Translations under genes and position numbers: made by a program
Shown here: piece by piece, positions 12,049 through 22,437 of the stretch
Position numbering within the stretch: position 1 is the first letter of the stretch
Layout: the number at the start of each line of letters is the position of its first letter
Notes under the pieces: generated by a model
What the model was told of the DNA's origin: nothing
Databases searched by the model: none
What the model saw: only the letters and a program-made list of their open reading frames with translations
From: Candidatus Cloacimonadota bacterium
GTDB taxonomy: Bacteria; Cloacimonadota; Cloacimonadia; Cloacimonadales; JAIOQZ01
Direction: 5' to 3'
Assembly (NCBI GenBank): GCA_021108395.1
Contig: JAIOQZ010000045.1
Location: 11,487-75,486 of the forward strand
Length of the DNA stretch: 64,000 nucleotides

Positions 12049-12242
12049 GGAATGCTCCTTATTAGTTATTGTCGTTTCCATAATTAGTATGATAACAATG
12101 CAATTTTCATTCCGGCATAAAGACAAAGTGCCAGCATGCAAATCCAGCGACTGCAACAACTACACTGTCAGGCGCGTAATTCAGCAGTCAACGGATACCT
12201 GCTGGCACCACAAAGTTAATAAACAAATCTCTGTGAAACCGT

Positions 12243-14768
12243 CTATTTCTTTTTCGCTTTCGGTTCAGGTTCGTGGGGAATGTCCACCGAAGGCACCTTC
12301 CAGATTTCCTCGGTGTACTCACGGATGGTGCGGTCAGAGGAAAACTTGCCGCTACGGGCCACGTTCAGCATAGACATGCGAGTCCAGGCGTCCTGGTCCA
12401 GCCACAGCTCGTTCACCCTGTTCTGGCAGTTGACGTAGCTGTCGAAATCGGCCAGCAGACAAAAGCGGTCTCGGTGCAGCAGATCATGCACCAGCGGCTT
12501 GAACAGGTCGCGCTCGTCTGGGTTGAAGAAACCGTCGTGCATCATGTCCAGAACGCGGCGCAGAGCTTCGTTTTCGTTATACAGCTTCAGCGGATCATAG
12601 CCGGCCGACTGCAACGCTTCCACCTCGTTGGCCTTCATGCCGAAGATGAAGATGTTCTCTTTGCCCACCTCCTCGCATATCTCGACATTGGCGCCATCGA
12701 GCGTGCCGATGGTGAGCGCGCCATTGAGCGTGAACTTCATGTTGCCGGTGCCAGAGGCCTCCCAGCCGGCGGTGGAAATCTGCTCGGAGAGGTCGGCGGC
12801 GGGAAAGATGCGCTGTGCCATGCTGACGTTGTAGTTGGGCAGGAAGTACATGCGCAGCATGTCGCGGCTGTGCGGGTCGTTGTTGACCACATGTCCCACG
12901 CTGCTGATGAGCTTGATGACCAGCTTGGCGGTGTGATAGCCCGGCGCCGCCTTGCCGCCAAAGAAAACAGAGCGTGGCACAATGGCGCTGCTCGGGTTGT
13001 CTCGCAGGCAGTTGTACTCGTGAATAACGCGCAGCACATTGAGAAGCTGCCGCTTGTACTCGTGCATCCGTTTCACCTGGAAGTCGAACATCGAGTCGGG
13101 GTCTGGGTGCATGTTCCAGTTTTTGCGGGCGAAGCCGGCGAAGTCCTGTTTGTTGAGGCGCTTCACCTGTCGCCAGTGTTGGCGCAGGTTTTCGTCTTCG
13201 ATATGCTCTTCGAGCTTGTGGAGCTTGGCGAGGTCGGTCACCCATTCGTCCCCGATACACGACGACAGCAGCGAGGTGAGGCGTGGATTGGCCAGCTTCA
13301 GCCATCGTCGTTGGGTGATGCCGTTGGTTTTGTTGGTAAAGCGCTCCGGCATAAGCTCGTAGAACGGCTTGAAGATTGTATCCTTGAGAATCTGCGAGTG
13401 CAGCTCGCTCACCCCGTTCACCTTGTGCGTGCCCACAATGGCCAGCTTGGCCATCTGCACCGACTTATCAGGTTCTTCGGCAATTATCGACATCTCGCGC
13501 AGGCGGCCTGTGTCGCCGGGGCAGTGGGTCCACACGGTGTCGAGGAAACGGCGGTTTATCTCGTAGATGATTTGCAGGTGGCGCGGCAACAACCGCTCCA
13601 TGAGCGACACGCTCCAGCGTTCGAGCGCCTCCGGCAGGATTGTATGGTTGGTGTATGAACAAACTCGCGTGGTAATGTCCCACGCCTTGTCCCACGGCAG
13701 GCCTTCCATATCCATCAGGAGATACATCAGCTCGACGATGGCGAGAGCGGGGTGAGTATCGTTGAGCTGAATGGCTGCCTTGTCCGGCAGCGCGTCAAAG
13801 GTGTCGTGGTTGTCGGTGTATCGACGCAGGATGTCCTGCAACGTTGCGCTGACGAAGAAATATTCCTGCTTCAGGCGCAGTTCTTTGCCCTGCATGGTGT
13901 TGTCGTTGGGATACAGCACCTTCGAGATGGTCTCGGATTTGGTGCGTTCCTGAACGGACGACATATAATCGCCCTGGTTGAACACCTGAAAATTGAACTC
14001 GCGGGTCGATTTGGCCGACCACAATCGCAGGGTGTTGACAAAGTCGTTGTTATATCCCGGGATGGGGGTGTCATAGGCCATCGCCATCACATTTTGAGTG
14101 CCTTCCCAGTTGTTGCGCAGGCGTCCGGTTTCATCAACGTGGCGGTTTACGTGGCCATAGAAGCGAACCGTAAAGATATATTCAGGCCGCTCGATTTCCC
14201 AGGGATTGCCATAGCGCAGCCAGTTATCGGGCGTCTCGGCCTGCCAGCCATCGACGATGTGCTGGTGAAAGATGCCGTAGTCATAACGAATGCCATAGCC
14301 GAAGCAGGGGATTTTCTGTGTGGCCATAGAATCGAGGAAGCATGCGGCGAGACGGCCAAGGCCACCGTTACCAAGTCCGGCGTCCCATTCGAGCTCACGA
14401 ATCTCCTCGAGTTCCAGACCCATCTCGAAAAGCGCCTGTGTGCTGTTATCGTAGATGCCCAGATTGATGAGCGCGTTGCCCAGAGCGCGACCCATAAGGT
14501 ATTCCATCGAGAGGTAATAGACCCGCTTTACGTCCTGAAAGTGGCAGTGCTGCTGCGTACTGAGCCAACGTTGCAGCAGGCGGTCACGAATAGCCATCGA
14601 GGTGGCCTGATAGCTGTCCAGTTCGGTGACGGTGAAGCGGTCTTTGCCCAGCGTGAATCTCAGCATGTCGGCAAAGGAATGCTGCAACGATTTCATGTCC
14701 ATGCGTTCGCGGTAGCCACGGGTGCGCCTGCGCAGTTGCAGCTTCTTGTTAATCTCATGTGGGTCCAT
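12243..14768 (-). CDS. glgP: Glycogen/alpha-glucan phosphorylase
   Basis: 841 aa. The PLP-lysine motif EASGTGNMKFTLNGALTIGTLDGANVEI is present, and similarity to the GT35 phosphorylase family is recognisable over the full length. Confidence 0.95.
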   Translation of the reverse strand: MDPHEINKKLQLRRRTRGYRERMDMKSLQHSFADMLRFTLGKDRFTVTELDSYQATSMAIRDRLLQRWLSTQQHCHFQDVKRVYYLSMEYLMGRALGNALINLGIYDNSTQALFEMGLELEEIRELEWDAGLGNGGLGRLAACFLDSMATQKIPCFGYGIRYDYGIFHQHIVDGWQAETPDNWLRYGNPWEIERPEYIFTVRFYGHVNRHVDETGRLRNNWEGTQNVMAMAYDTPIPGYNNDFVNTLRLWSAKSTREFNFQVFNQGDYMSSVQERTKSETISKVLYPNDNTMQGKELRLKQEYFFVSATLQDILRRYTDNHDTFDALPDKAAIQLNDTHPALAIVELMYLLMDMEGLPWDKAWDITTRVCSYTNHTILPEALERWSVSLMERLLPRHLQIIYEINRRFLDTVWTHCPGDTGRLREMSIIAEEPDKSVQMAKLAIVGTHKVNGVSELHSQILKDTIFKPFYELMPERFTNKTNGITQRRWLKLANPRLTSLLSSCIGDEWVTDLAKLHKLEEHIEDENLRQHWRQVKRLNKQDFAGFARKNWNMHPDPDSMFDFQVKRMHEYKRQLLNVLRVIHEYNCLRDNPSSAIVPRSVFFGGKAAPGYHTAKLVIKLISSVGHVVNNDPHSRDMLRMYFLPNYNVSMAQRIFPAADLSEQISTAGWEASGTGNMKFTLNGALTIGTLDGANVEICEEVGKENIFIFGMKANEVEALQSAGYDPLKLYNENEALRRVLDMMHDGFFNPDERDLFKPLVHDLLHRDRFCLLADFDSYVNCQNRVNELWLDQDAWTRMSMLNVARSGKFSSDRTIREYTEEIWKVPSVDIPHEPEPKAKKK

Positions 14769-14863
14769 CTATCCCCCTTGTTGCCTCGTCGGCAGGTTCA
14801 ACCTCTCTTCTCGCTGGATTGTTGTCAATTTGCGCAACTATACGCAATCTGTTCACTTATGAG

Positions 14864-14891
14864 ATGATACTGAAGCTCTGAGCCATGTCAA
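14864..14891 (-). promoter_or_regulatory. Candidate sigma70-like promoter upstream of glgP
   Basis: The minus strand reads TTGACA-16 nt-TATCAT about 95 nt upstream of the glgP start. The promoter consensus of this lineage is unknown. Confidence 0.3.
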
Positions 14892-14896
14892 CCTGT

Positions 14897-15478
14897 TTAT
14901 CTGCGACTTGCTGTGGACGCAGCGATTAACTCGGCGGCGGCGGCGAGATCGTCAACCACGAAGTCGGGCGGCAGCGCCCACTGTCCGCGACGTTGCAAGA
15001 ACTCGCTCTCCCCCATGCCGGTGCGCACCAACGCCGTGCGCAGCCCAGCCCGACGGCCAAAGGTTATGTCCGATTCCTTGTCACCCACCATCCACGAAGC
15101 CTTCACGTCAAAGTTGTGCTTGCGCCGCGCTGTTTCGAACATCCCCAGGCCGGGCTTGCGGTCGGGGTGGTTGCGGTTCCAGGGCTCAACCGTGCCGTCC
15201 TTGTGCCAGGGAGCGAAGAAGATGTCGTCGAGGTGTGCGCCGCAGGCGGCCAGCAGCTCCCGCAGTCGCTGGTGAACGGCGTGCATATCGTCCAACGTGA
15301 AATAGCCGCGGGCGATGCCCGACTGGTTGGTGACGACGAAAACGAGGCACTCCAGGCTGTTGAGGCGGGCGATGGCCTCGCCTGCGCCAGGGAGCAGCTC
15401 GATCATGTCAGGGTCGCTCAGATAGCCCTTCTCGTCCAGGTTGATGGTTCCGTCGCGGTCGAGAAATGTGGCGAACAC
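14897..15478 (-). CDS. gmhB: D-glycero-beta-D-manno-heptose-1,7-bisphosphate 7-phosphatase (HAD-IIIA)
   Basis: 193 aa with FLDRDGTIN (DxDxT), VTNQSGIARGYF and VGDKESD motifs. Confidence 0.75.
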   Translation of the reverse strand: MFATFLDRDGTINLDEKGYLSDPDMIELLPGAGEAIARLNSLECLVFVVTNQSGIARGYFTLDDMHAVHQRLRELLAACGAHLDDIFFAPWHKDGTVEPWNRNHPDRKPGLGMFETARRKHNFDVKASWMVGDKESDITFGRRAGLRTALVRTGMGESEFLQRRGQWALPPDFVVDDLAAAAELIAASTASRR

Positions 15479-15486
15479 ATGCGCTC

Positions 15487-17886
15487 CTAATGTTTATGGT
15501 CTGATGTGCGGAACTGCAGCGAGTCCGGCAGCTTGACGGCGAACAGGCGCAGGGAATAGTTCCAATAGTCGCCGCTTTTGGTCCAGGAGAACTTGAGCTT
15601 CCAGCAGTGCAGATCGCGGGTGATGGTCAGGTTCTGGCTCACAACGCGGTCATCGAGCAGGTCATAGTTGTTCGTGTAGGTGATGTACCAGTTGCGCGTG
15701 AGGCGCAGACTGAGCGAGTTACGCAGGCTGTGAGTCGTCGGCTCGTCTTTTCCCTTGTGTCTGGCAAGCTCGTAGCTGATGTCACAGCTCCAGCCGTCCG
15801 TTTCGGCCTGCTGTTCGAGCCGCTCGATGGTTAATGGCGCCTCGGCGGTTTCGAGCGTGTCTGCCTCGAGAAACCGGCTCGATTCAAACCGGTTGGGCGC
15901 GCGGGGAAAGTATTCGGTGTATGAAGCGGCGCCGCTGAAGTTGAGCGTTGTGGTAAGCCGCCAGTAGAGCACGTCGAAGTCGTAGGCGTCCTGAGTGACT
16001 GTGAGCCGGTCGCTCAGGGTCAGGCCAACCAGCGGCGTGGTGATTTTGCCGGGACTGAGGCGCGCCGTGTGGCTGATGTTCGAGAAGCGTTCACCCTCTT
16101 TTTCGAGGTCATAGCTGATGCCGGAGGTGAGCTTGAAGAAATCGTTCAGCTTGAGCTCGCCGCCCTCCGCCAGGCGCAGTTTCAGTTGCCAGAGATTGTC
16201 GAGCGAAAACCTGAAACTGCGGCTGCGCACCGAACTGTTGAGGCCGACGCCGCCGAAGTTGTAGAAGCTGTCGTTTTCCTCGAAGTCGGGCTTGTAGGTA
16301 AAACTGAATGACGGCGTGAGTACATGGCGCAAAGCAGACAGCGGCCCCCCCGCGAAACTGCGGACACCGTACAGCGAAAACGATGTGCGTGACGTGCCGT
16401 TCCAGTCGTAGCCGGTGGCCAGTTTATTGTTGTCGCTGTCGCGGTCATGCACGGCAAAATTGCCGGTGACAGTCTGGCCGAGATTGAACCAGCCCCACAG
16501 CTTACGCGACCAGCTCAGCCCCATGTTCTGGCGCAGGCCGGCGTGGTGCTCGTTCACATACTTCCCTGTCGAGTCGCGGCTCGATTGCCAGAAGATGGCC
16601 TTCCAATCGGCGTCGGGGTCGGTGACGCGCCCCGTATGCACGCTCTTGAACCCCACGTTGAAGCTGAAGTCGCGCCACCAGGCGTCTTCGCTGGCGTCAT
16701 CTGTCGCCTCATCCTCGTCCAGGAACAGCTCGGCAATGGGCTTCGAGGGCAGGGCATAGCTGACCGAAGGCAGGGTCAGGGTCTTCACGTCGTTGCGCAA
16801 ATCCTCGTTGTATGAGGCGCTGAAGTAGATCGTGCGCGAGAACAACGGCATATTGTAGGCCAGGCGGGAGGTCACCTTCTCGCTGAGGCGTTCATCGGGG
16901 TTGACGCTGCCCTCCCATATCTCGCGGCTGGAGACGAAATCCAGGTTGACGTCGAGCTTGGAGGCATAGCCGATGTTGTGATGATGCCGCGACTGGAGCA
17001 GCCACTCATACTGAGTTCTGCCCATGCTGAGTATACGTTTTTGCAGCCGCGCCAGCAGGTTGCCGTCGAGCACATAGCGATCGAGGTAGCGGCCCGCGAG
17101 CCGCGCTTCCCAACCGGTCAGCTCCATGTAGTCGAAGGCGAGGGTGGCGTCTGCGTAGTCGCGCCAGGCATAGAAGTAGGCGATGTCTCTGAGATATTTG
17201 CCCTCATAGCTGTTGTAGCCGGGTTCGGGCACGAGGATGCCGGTCTGGCGGCCACGCTTGATGGAAATGGTGGCAAACGGCACCGCCATCACGGGGAAGT
17301 GGTTGACAAAGAACACAGTGGGGCGGGTGACCAGCTTGTCGTCCTTATACAGCCGCATCCGCTTTGACCAGATATAGTAATCCGGCTCGGCGGCATCGCA
17401 GGTGGTGAAGTAACCGTCGTCGATGTCGTATGTGTTTTTGCCCACCTTGCGCACTTCTCGACCATAGAAAAAGCCTTTGTCGAAGCGTGTAGCTCCGCGG
17501 TCAACCAGGGCTTCCCTCGTCTCGATGTCATAGAAAAGCGCATCGCCGAGCATGAGATAGGCGCCGTCTTTCAGCTCCACGCGCCCGCTGGACGAGGCCT
17601 GGTCGCGTTCCATGTCGATGTTGATGATTTCGGCGGCAATGTTGGCCGAGCCATAGCGAATGCTTGCCGAACCGGCCAGCGACATGCGCTCGTTCGGCAC
17701 GTCGTAGCGAATGCTGTCGCAGGTGTAGTAGAGCGAGTCGATGAAGGTCGAGTCGGCGTGAAGCGTGTCGGCTACCAGGCTGTCGGGCGCGGCGGCTGCC
17801 GGCGGCGTCTCCTGCGAGACGGCCGTGGCTGCCCAAACTGCAAGCAGCGTGAGCAATAACTGGGTGAGGTGGCGGCGCGACATCAT
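15487..17886 (-). CDS. lptD: LPS-assembly outer-membrane protein, LptD-like
   Basis: 799 aa with a signal peptide and an OstA-like N-terminal region, then FTTCD...YYIWSKRMRLYKDDKLV...PFATISIKRGRQTGILVPEPGYN, which is typical of FCB-type LptD homologues. It lies next to the LPS core gene gmhB. Confidence 0.65.
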   Translation of the reverse strand: MMSRRHLTQLLLTLLAVWAATAVSQETPPAAAAPDSLVADTLHADSTFIDSLYYTCDSIRYDVPNERMSLAGSASIRYGSANIAAEIINIDMERDQASSSGRVELKDGAYLMLGDALFYDIETREALVDRGATRFDKGFFYGREVRKVGKNTYDIDDGYFTTCDAAEPDYYIWSKRMRLYKDDKLVTRPTVFFVNHFPVMAVPFATISIKRGRQTGILVPEPGYNSYEGKYLRDIAYFYAWRDYADATLAFDYMELTGWEARLAGRYLDRYVLDGNLLARLQKRILSMGRTQYEWLLQSRHHHNIGYASKLDVNLDFVSSREIWEGSVNPDERLSEKVTSRLAYNMPLFSRTIYFSASYNEDLRNDVKTLTLPSVSYALPSKPIAELFLDEDEATDDASEDAWWRDFSFNVGFKSVHTGRVTDPDADWKAIFWQSSRDSTGKYVNEHHAGLRQNMGLSWSRKLWGWFNLGQTVTGNFAVHDRDSDNNKLATGYDWNGTSRTSFSLYGVRSFAGGPLSALRHVLTPSFSFTYKPDFEENDSFYNFGGVGLNSSVRSRSFRFSLDNLWQLKLRLAEGGELKLNDFFKLTSGISYDLEKEGERFSNISHTARLSPGKITTPLVGLTLSDRLTVTQDAYDFDVLYWRLTTTLNFSGAASYTEYFPRAPNRFESSRFLEADTLETAEAPLTIERLEQQAETDGWSCDISYELARHKGKDEPTTHSLRNSLSLRLTRNWYITYTNNYDLLDDRVVSQNLTITRDLHCWKLKFSWTKSGDYWNYSLRLFAVKLPDSLQFRTSDHKH

Positions 17887-18117
17887 AGTGTATCATGTTG
17901 CGGTTAAGCTGAATTGTGTCAAGCAAAGTGAGCGCGAGGCGTCTTCCTGCCCTGTAATGAACGATTCTTCAATCTGTGCAGAAGGGCGACAGAGTAGCAT
18001 GCCGGAATCAGGATAGATTGTCTGAAGCAGGATTCAGACAAATCTTGCGCCGCGATGGGCATGGCTGGAAGGGCTGAGACCGAACAATGCAACTTGGCAG
18101 GGGTTAGCCGCTTTGTA

Positions 18118-18912
18118 TCATTCAAATGCCGGTGTAAGTTCCTCACCATCTTTGATGTACCAATTTTGAAGTGTTTCACCGGTGATGTACTCTTGAGTTA
18201 TAGTCTTTCGTTGTGGAGGTTCGCTACTGTCAACAGTAACAGATACAGTTTGAGTAACATGCGCATGTATCGTGTCAACCTGAAACATGAACAAATAGTC
18301 ATACTCCTTCTCGTCAACAGCTATACGCATACCGATTCCCACTTGTCTTTCATTACAGAAATCGATAGATACCTGATTGAGTTTTGCTTCAATTTCTGTT
18401 TTTTTAAATGATGCGGTAACAGGATAATAGTTACCCATCAGATAGTACTCGTACGATATAGCATCAGCAAAGGTTAGTGACGTGTTTAGCAAAGCAATAG
18501 TGTACTCCTTGTATGCATCATATGAGAAACAAGAGATATTAGATATTGGTGTCGTGAACCGCCGTATCTGTCCGCCTGGTGGAATGATGCTCTGATATTT
18601 CGCTTTTACTATTGCTTCAAGATTGGCTTCCAATAAATCGGTGTGGAGAGCATTATAGGTATTTCCATCAGGCGTTATGAAATATGTGTAATCCCATAAG
18701 AGAATTGTGGGCTTCTCTGTACGGTTGTGCACTTTAAAAAGAATTCCGTTATAGGTTGGCGTGAAGCTGAAAATGAATAGAGAATCAGTGTACGATAAGC
18801 CCGATCTTTGCGGTTCCACTAATGAATAATCATATGTGTATAGAACTTTTACCGATGAACAAGCTGTCAGCAATAAGCAGGCAAGCCCAATCAAACAAAC
18901 GGCGATTTTCAT
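18118..18912 (-). CDS. Hypothetical lipoprotein (AT-rich islet)
   Basis: Lipobox ...ACLLLTAC|SS. There is no recognisable domain, and the gene is visibly AT-rich relative to the flanking lptD and kbl. Confidence 0.7.
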   Translation of the reverse strand: MKIAVCLIGLACLLLTACSSVKVLYTYDYSLVEPQRSGLSYTDSLFIFSFTPTYNGILFKVHNRTEKPTILLWDYTYFITPDGNTYNALHTDLLEANLEAIVKAKYQSIIPPGGQIRRFTTPISNISCFSYDAYKEYTIALLNTSLTFADAISYEYYLMGNYYPVTASFKKTEIEAKLNQVSIDFCNERQVGIGMRIAVDEKEYDYLFMFQVDTIHAHVTQTVSVTVDSSEPPQRKTITQEYITGETLQNWYIKDGEELTPAFE

Positions 18913-18992
18913 AACACCCTCCCTTCAACGCGAATTGAGTCAGGCGTTAATCATTTGTCAACAGAATAATAAACTGCCATTGGCGATAATCA

Positions 18993-20243
<1,251 letters not shown>

Positions 20244-20402
20244 AGCGTATCTCCCGAAGATGTCGTTTGCGCCTTTGTGGATTCGGGCGCGGATTTGTCA
20301 AGGGGAAGGTGGGGGATGCGCCTCAGATGCGCTGTTCTGGGCATAGGCAGGATGTTTAGAGGGGTGAGTTTCGCGACAGACCAATAATCGAGGAAGCGAA
20401 TA

Positions 20403-20609
20403 ATGGCTCATGTCCACATTACGTTGGAGACAGAAATGTTGCACGAACTTTTTCCCAAGGGCGGTCGTGATGAAGCTTTTTCCAGATTGCTTAAGACAAT
20501 CTTGAATCAAGTCTTATCTCATCAGGCGACCGAACAAACTGGTCAAAATGAACGCAGAGGAAGTTTACGCGCTAATTTGGACTTGACTTCGTTTCCGATG
20601 TACAGATAA
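20403..20609 (+). pseudogene. IS256-family (mutator-type) transposase, N-terminal remnant
   Basis: The first ~45 aa of the 68-aa ORF (...AFSRLLKTILNQVLSHQATEQTG) resemble the conserved IS256 N-terminal block (..LNQVLEAQ.TEQLG). The reading frame then runs into repeat locus C and terminates. No DDE domain is present. Confidence 0.5.
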
Positions 20610-20749
20610 TTCTTATGACACAAGGATGCGCTGGCATCCACGAAAGTTTTTTGTCTCGCTTTTTACAAAAAGCGAGTGGGGTTAGTCATGTAGCGAAGCG
20701 GAATGAGCCTTCAAAGAGGACACAGCGTCCCATCTTACAAAAAGTTTGG
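20585..20749. repeat. Hairpin-mosaic repeat locus C (F'-C'-P-L'-H-truncated T'-X, plus half H)
   Basis: GACTTCGTTTCCGATGTACA, TTCTTATGACACAAGG, ATGCgctgGCATCC, CTCGCTTTTTacAAAAAGCGAG (20655-20676), TGGGGTT and GTCATGTAGCGAAGCGGAATGAGCCTT, then ACAAAAAGTTTGG (20737-20749). Confidence 0.8.
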
Positions 20750-20798
20750 CTTATTGTTCATGGCTTTTTCCCAATTATATACTAAGAGGAATGAAACG

Positions 20799-22289
20799 AT
20801 GAAACAAGCAATGGTTGTTGGAATCCTGTTGAGCGTCATAGTCACTCTGGGCACCGTTGAAAGCGACCTGGAAAGACTCATCGAGATGTATGAAAGTGGC
20901 GACTGGGGTTACGAGGAGTTGGAATTGGATATTGGCTCGGTGTTATCGGTGGACAGAACGGATAGAAGGTATGTGACAACAAGTGATGACGCAGGCTATC
21001 CTGTGGTTGAGAAGCTCGAGCGCTTTGGTGGCAACTTCGAGTTATTGTACACCAGACACCAGGAGAGTGAACAGCATTACCTGGATATGCAAATCAATCC
21101 CAGCTTCAGTCTCGATAAGTCCAATATAGAAAAAGATGACCATTATATTTTCTTCGAGAATTACTACGGTTATGGTTTCTTCGAGGAATACCTTCGAAAC
21201 TACACTGGTTCGATTGAAATCAATAAAATTTACCGAAAATACACGAGTGGGGACAGGTTCTTCAGCCTGGCTTTTGATGGTGGATTCGACATCAGTGGTG
21301 TAAAGAAAAGAACGAATATATCATATCAGGAGTACGATAACGCTGAGATAAACGTCCCGATAACGCTGAACCTGGGTGGTGGAACCGGCCGTATGCGGGA
21401 TGTTACGAATGTCGTAAGAGCCTGGCGTCTGGCGGAGCGACTGCAAGAGCAGAACGGAACACAACTCACCGACGAGCAGATACTCACCCTGGCTCGGTAT
21501 CTCGACCGGCAGCCTGCATATTCAGCCGCTTTCGACTGGAAGAACAACGCCGGCGACTATCATTTCTGGCAAGACGCGCTCTCCGCGATTGGCCTGGAGC
21601 AACTGAACTATGACGAGTTCCTGTACATCTCTCAGGAAGCTCGCGAAGGCACCATTCTTAGACGTCAACAAGGACTACTCATTGACTTTGGCGTCATTGG
21701 AGACTTGCATCTCAATACTCAGGAATACGATCCAGAAGCATACATAGTCATTGGGAATGACTACTATGAGACTAATTCGATTGATCAGTTTTCCATTGCT
21801 GGTGGTATATTCTTTTCGATTGAGTCAGCAAAAAACACGTCGAGTTCTGAACAGAAGAGGGTTACCGTGCTTGCGCAGGTGTTGATGGGAAAAACAACAA
21901 CAAGATATGATCTGGATGATTACGCTGATGAACTAAAATACACTGATGGAACCACAACCTTCAGCCTTGAACCGGGGATTGAGTACTTGAACCAGGTCTC
22001 AGATCGTTTTGGCGTCACGCTCTCAGCTTCGGCGCTCATGCTTACGCAAACAACAACTTCTGAGATGGATGACAACGATTCGAACACCTCTGACCATATG
22101 CTCCTCGGCCTTGATGTTGGTTGCCAGGGAACGTACTTCCTGGGCCCGGTGACAATGCTGGTGCTCGACGCAGGTTACAACAGGCTGGAATACTTCAATT
22201 CCGACATGGAGGCTGACAGCAATAAGGCCAGAGATAATTGGCTCATCAGTCTGCAATTGACATTCAGACCCCTCGCACGAATGTTCTGA
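20799..22289 (+). CDS. Hypothetical secreted protein, possible outer-membrane beta-barrel
   Basis: SD AAGAGGA lies 8 nt upstream of ATG 20799, and there is an N-terminal signal-like segment (MKQAMVVGILLSVIVTLG). The C-terminus ends ...LQLTFRPLARMF (terminal Phe, as in OMP beta-signals). GC content is lower than the backbone, and mosaic repeats flank both sides. Confidence 0.6.
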   Translation: MKQAMVVGILLSVIVTLGTVESDLERLIEMYESGDWGYEELELDIGSVLSVDRTDRRYVTTSDDAGYPVVEKLERFGGNFELLYTRHQESEQHYLDMQINPSFSLDKSNIEKDDHYIFFENYYGYGFFEEYLRNYTGSIEINKIYRKYTSGDRFFSLAFDGGFDISGVKKRTNISYQEYDNAEINVPITLNLGGGTGRMRDVTNVVRAWRLAERLQEQNGTQLTDEQILTLARYLDRQPAYSAAFDWKNNAGDYHFWQDALSAIGLEQLNYDEFLYISQEAREGTILRRQQGLLIDFGVIGDLHLNTQEYDPEAYIVIGNDYYETNSIDQFSIAGGIFFSIESAKNTSSSEQKRVTVLAQVLMGKTTTRYDLDDYADELKYTDGTTTFSLEPGIEYLNQVSDRFGVTLSASALMLTQTTTSEMDDNDSNTSDHMLLGLDVGCQGTYFLGPVTMLVLDAGYNRLEYFNSDMEADSNKARDNWLISLQLTFRPLARMF

Positions 22290-22306
22290 ATAATGGTACC
22301 ATCGCA

Positions 22307-22432
22307 TTGTACATAGGAAACGTAGTTTCCACATAAGTTTTCGGTTTCGCCTTTTACAAAAGGCGAGCTTGTCATGTAGCGTAGCGGAGTGAGCTTTCTA
22401 AAGGTTCAGGGGTGGAACCCCTGCTCTTGAGG
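22307..22432. repeat. Hairpin-mosaic repeat locus D (F-L'-H-X-T')
   Basis: TTGTACATAGGAAACGtAGTTTCC, ACATAAGTTTTCGG, TTCGCCTTTTacAAAAGGCGAG, GTCATGTAGCGTAGCGGAGTGAGCTTT and GGTTCAGGGGtggaaCCCCTGCTCTTGAGG. The final GAGG serves as the SD for recG, with the ATG 5 nt downstream. Confidence 0.85.
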
Positions 22433-22437
22433 TATTC

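Noticed and set aside
10507-12087. 526-aa plus-strand ORF, and other long ORFs antisense to the C25 gene (e.g. 6814-7110, 8638-9003)
   Set aside because: It lies entirely antisense to a gene with clear family motifs. The Ala/Gly/Val/His-rich composition is typical of shadow ORFs in GC-rich DNA, and there is no SD.
12273-14867. 461-aa and 371-aa plus-strand ORFs overlapping glgP
   Set aside because: They are antisense shadows of a highly conserved glycogen phosphorylase gene, with low-complexity translation and no start signals.
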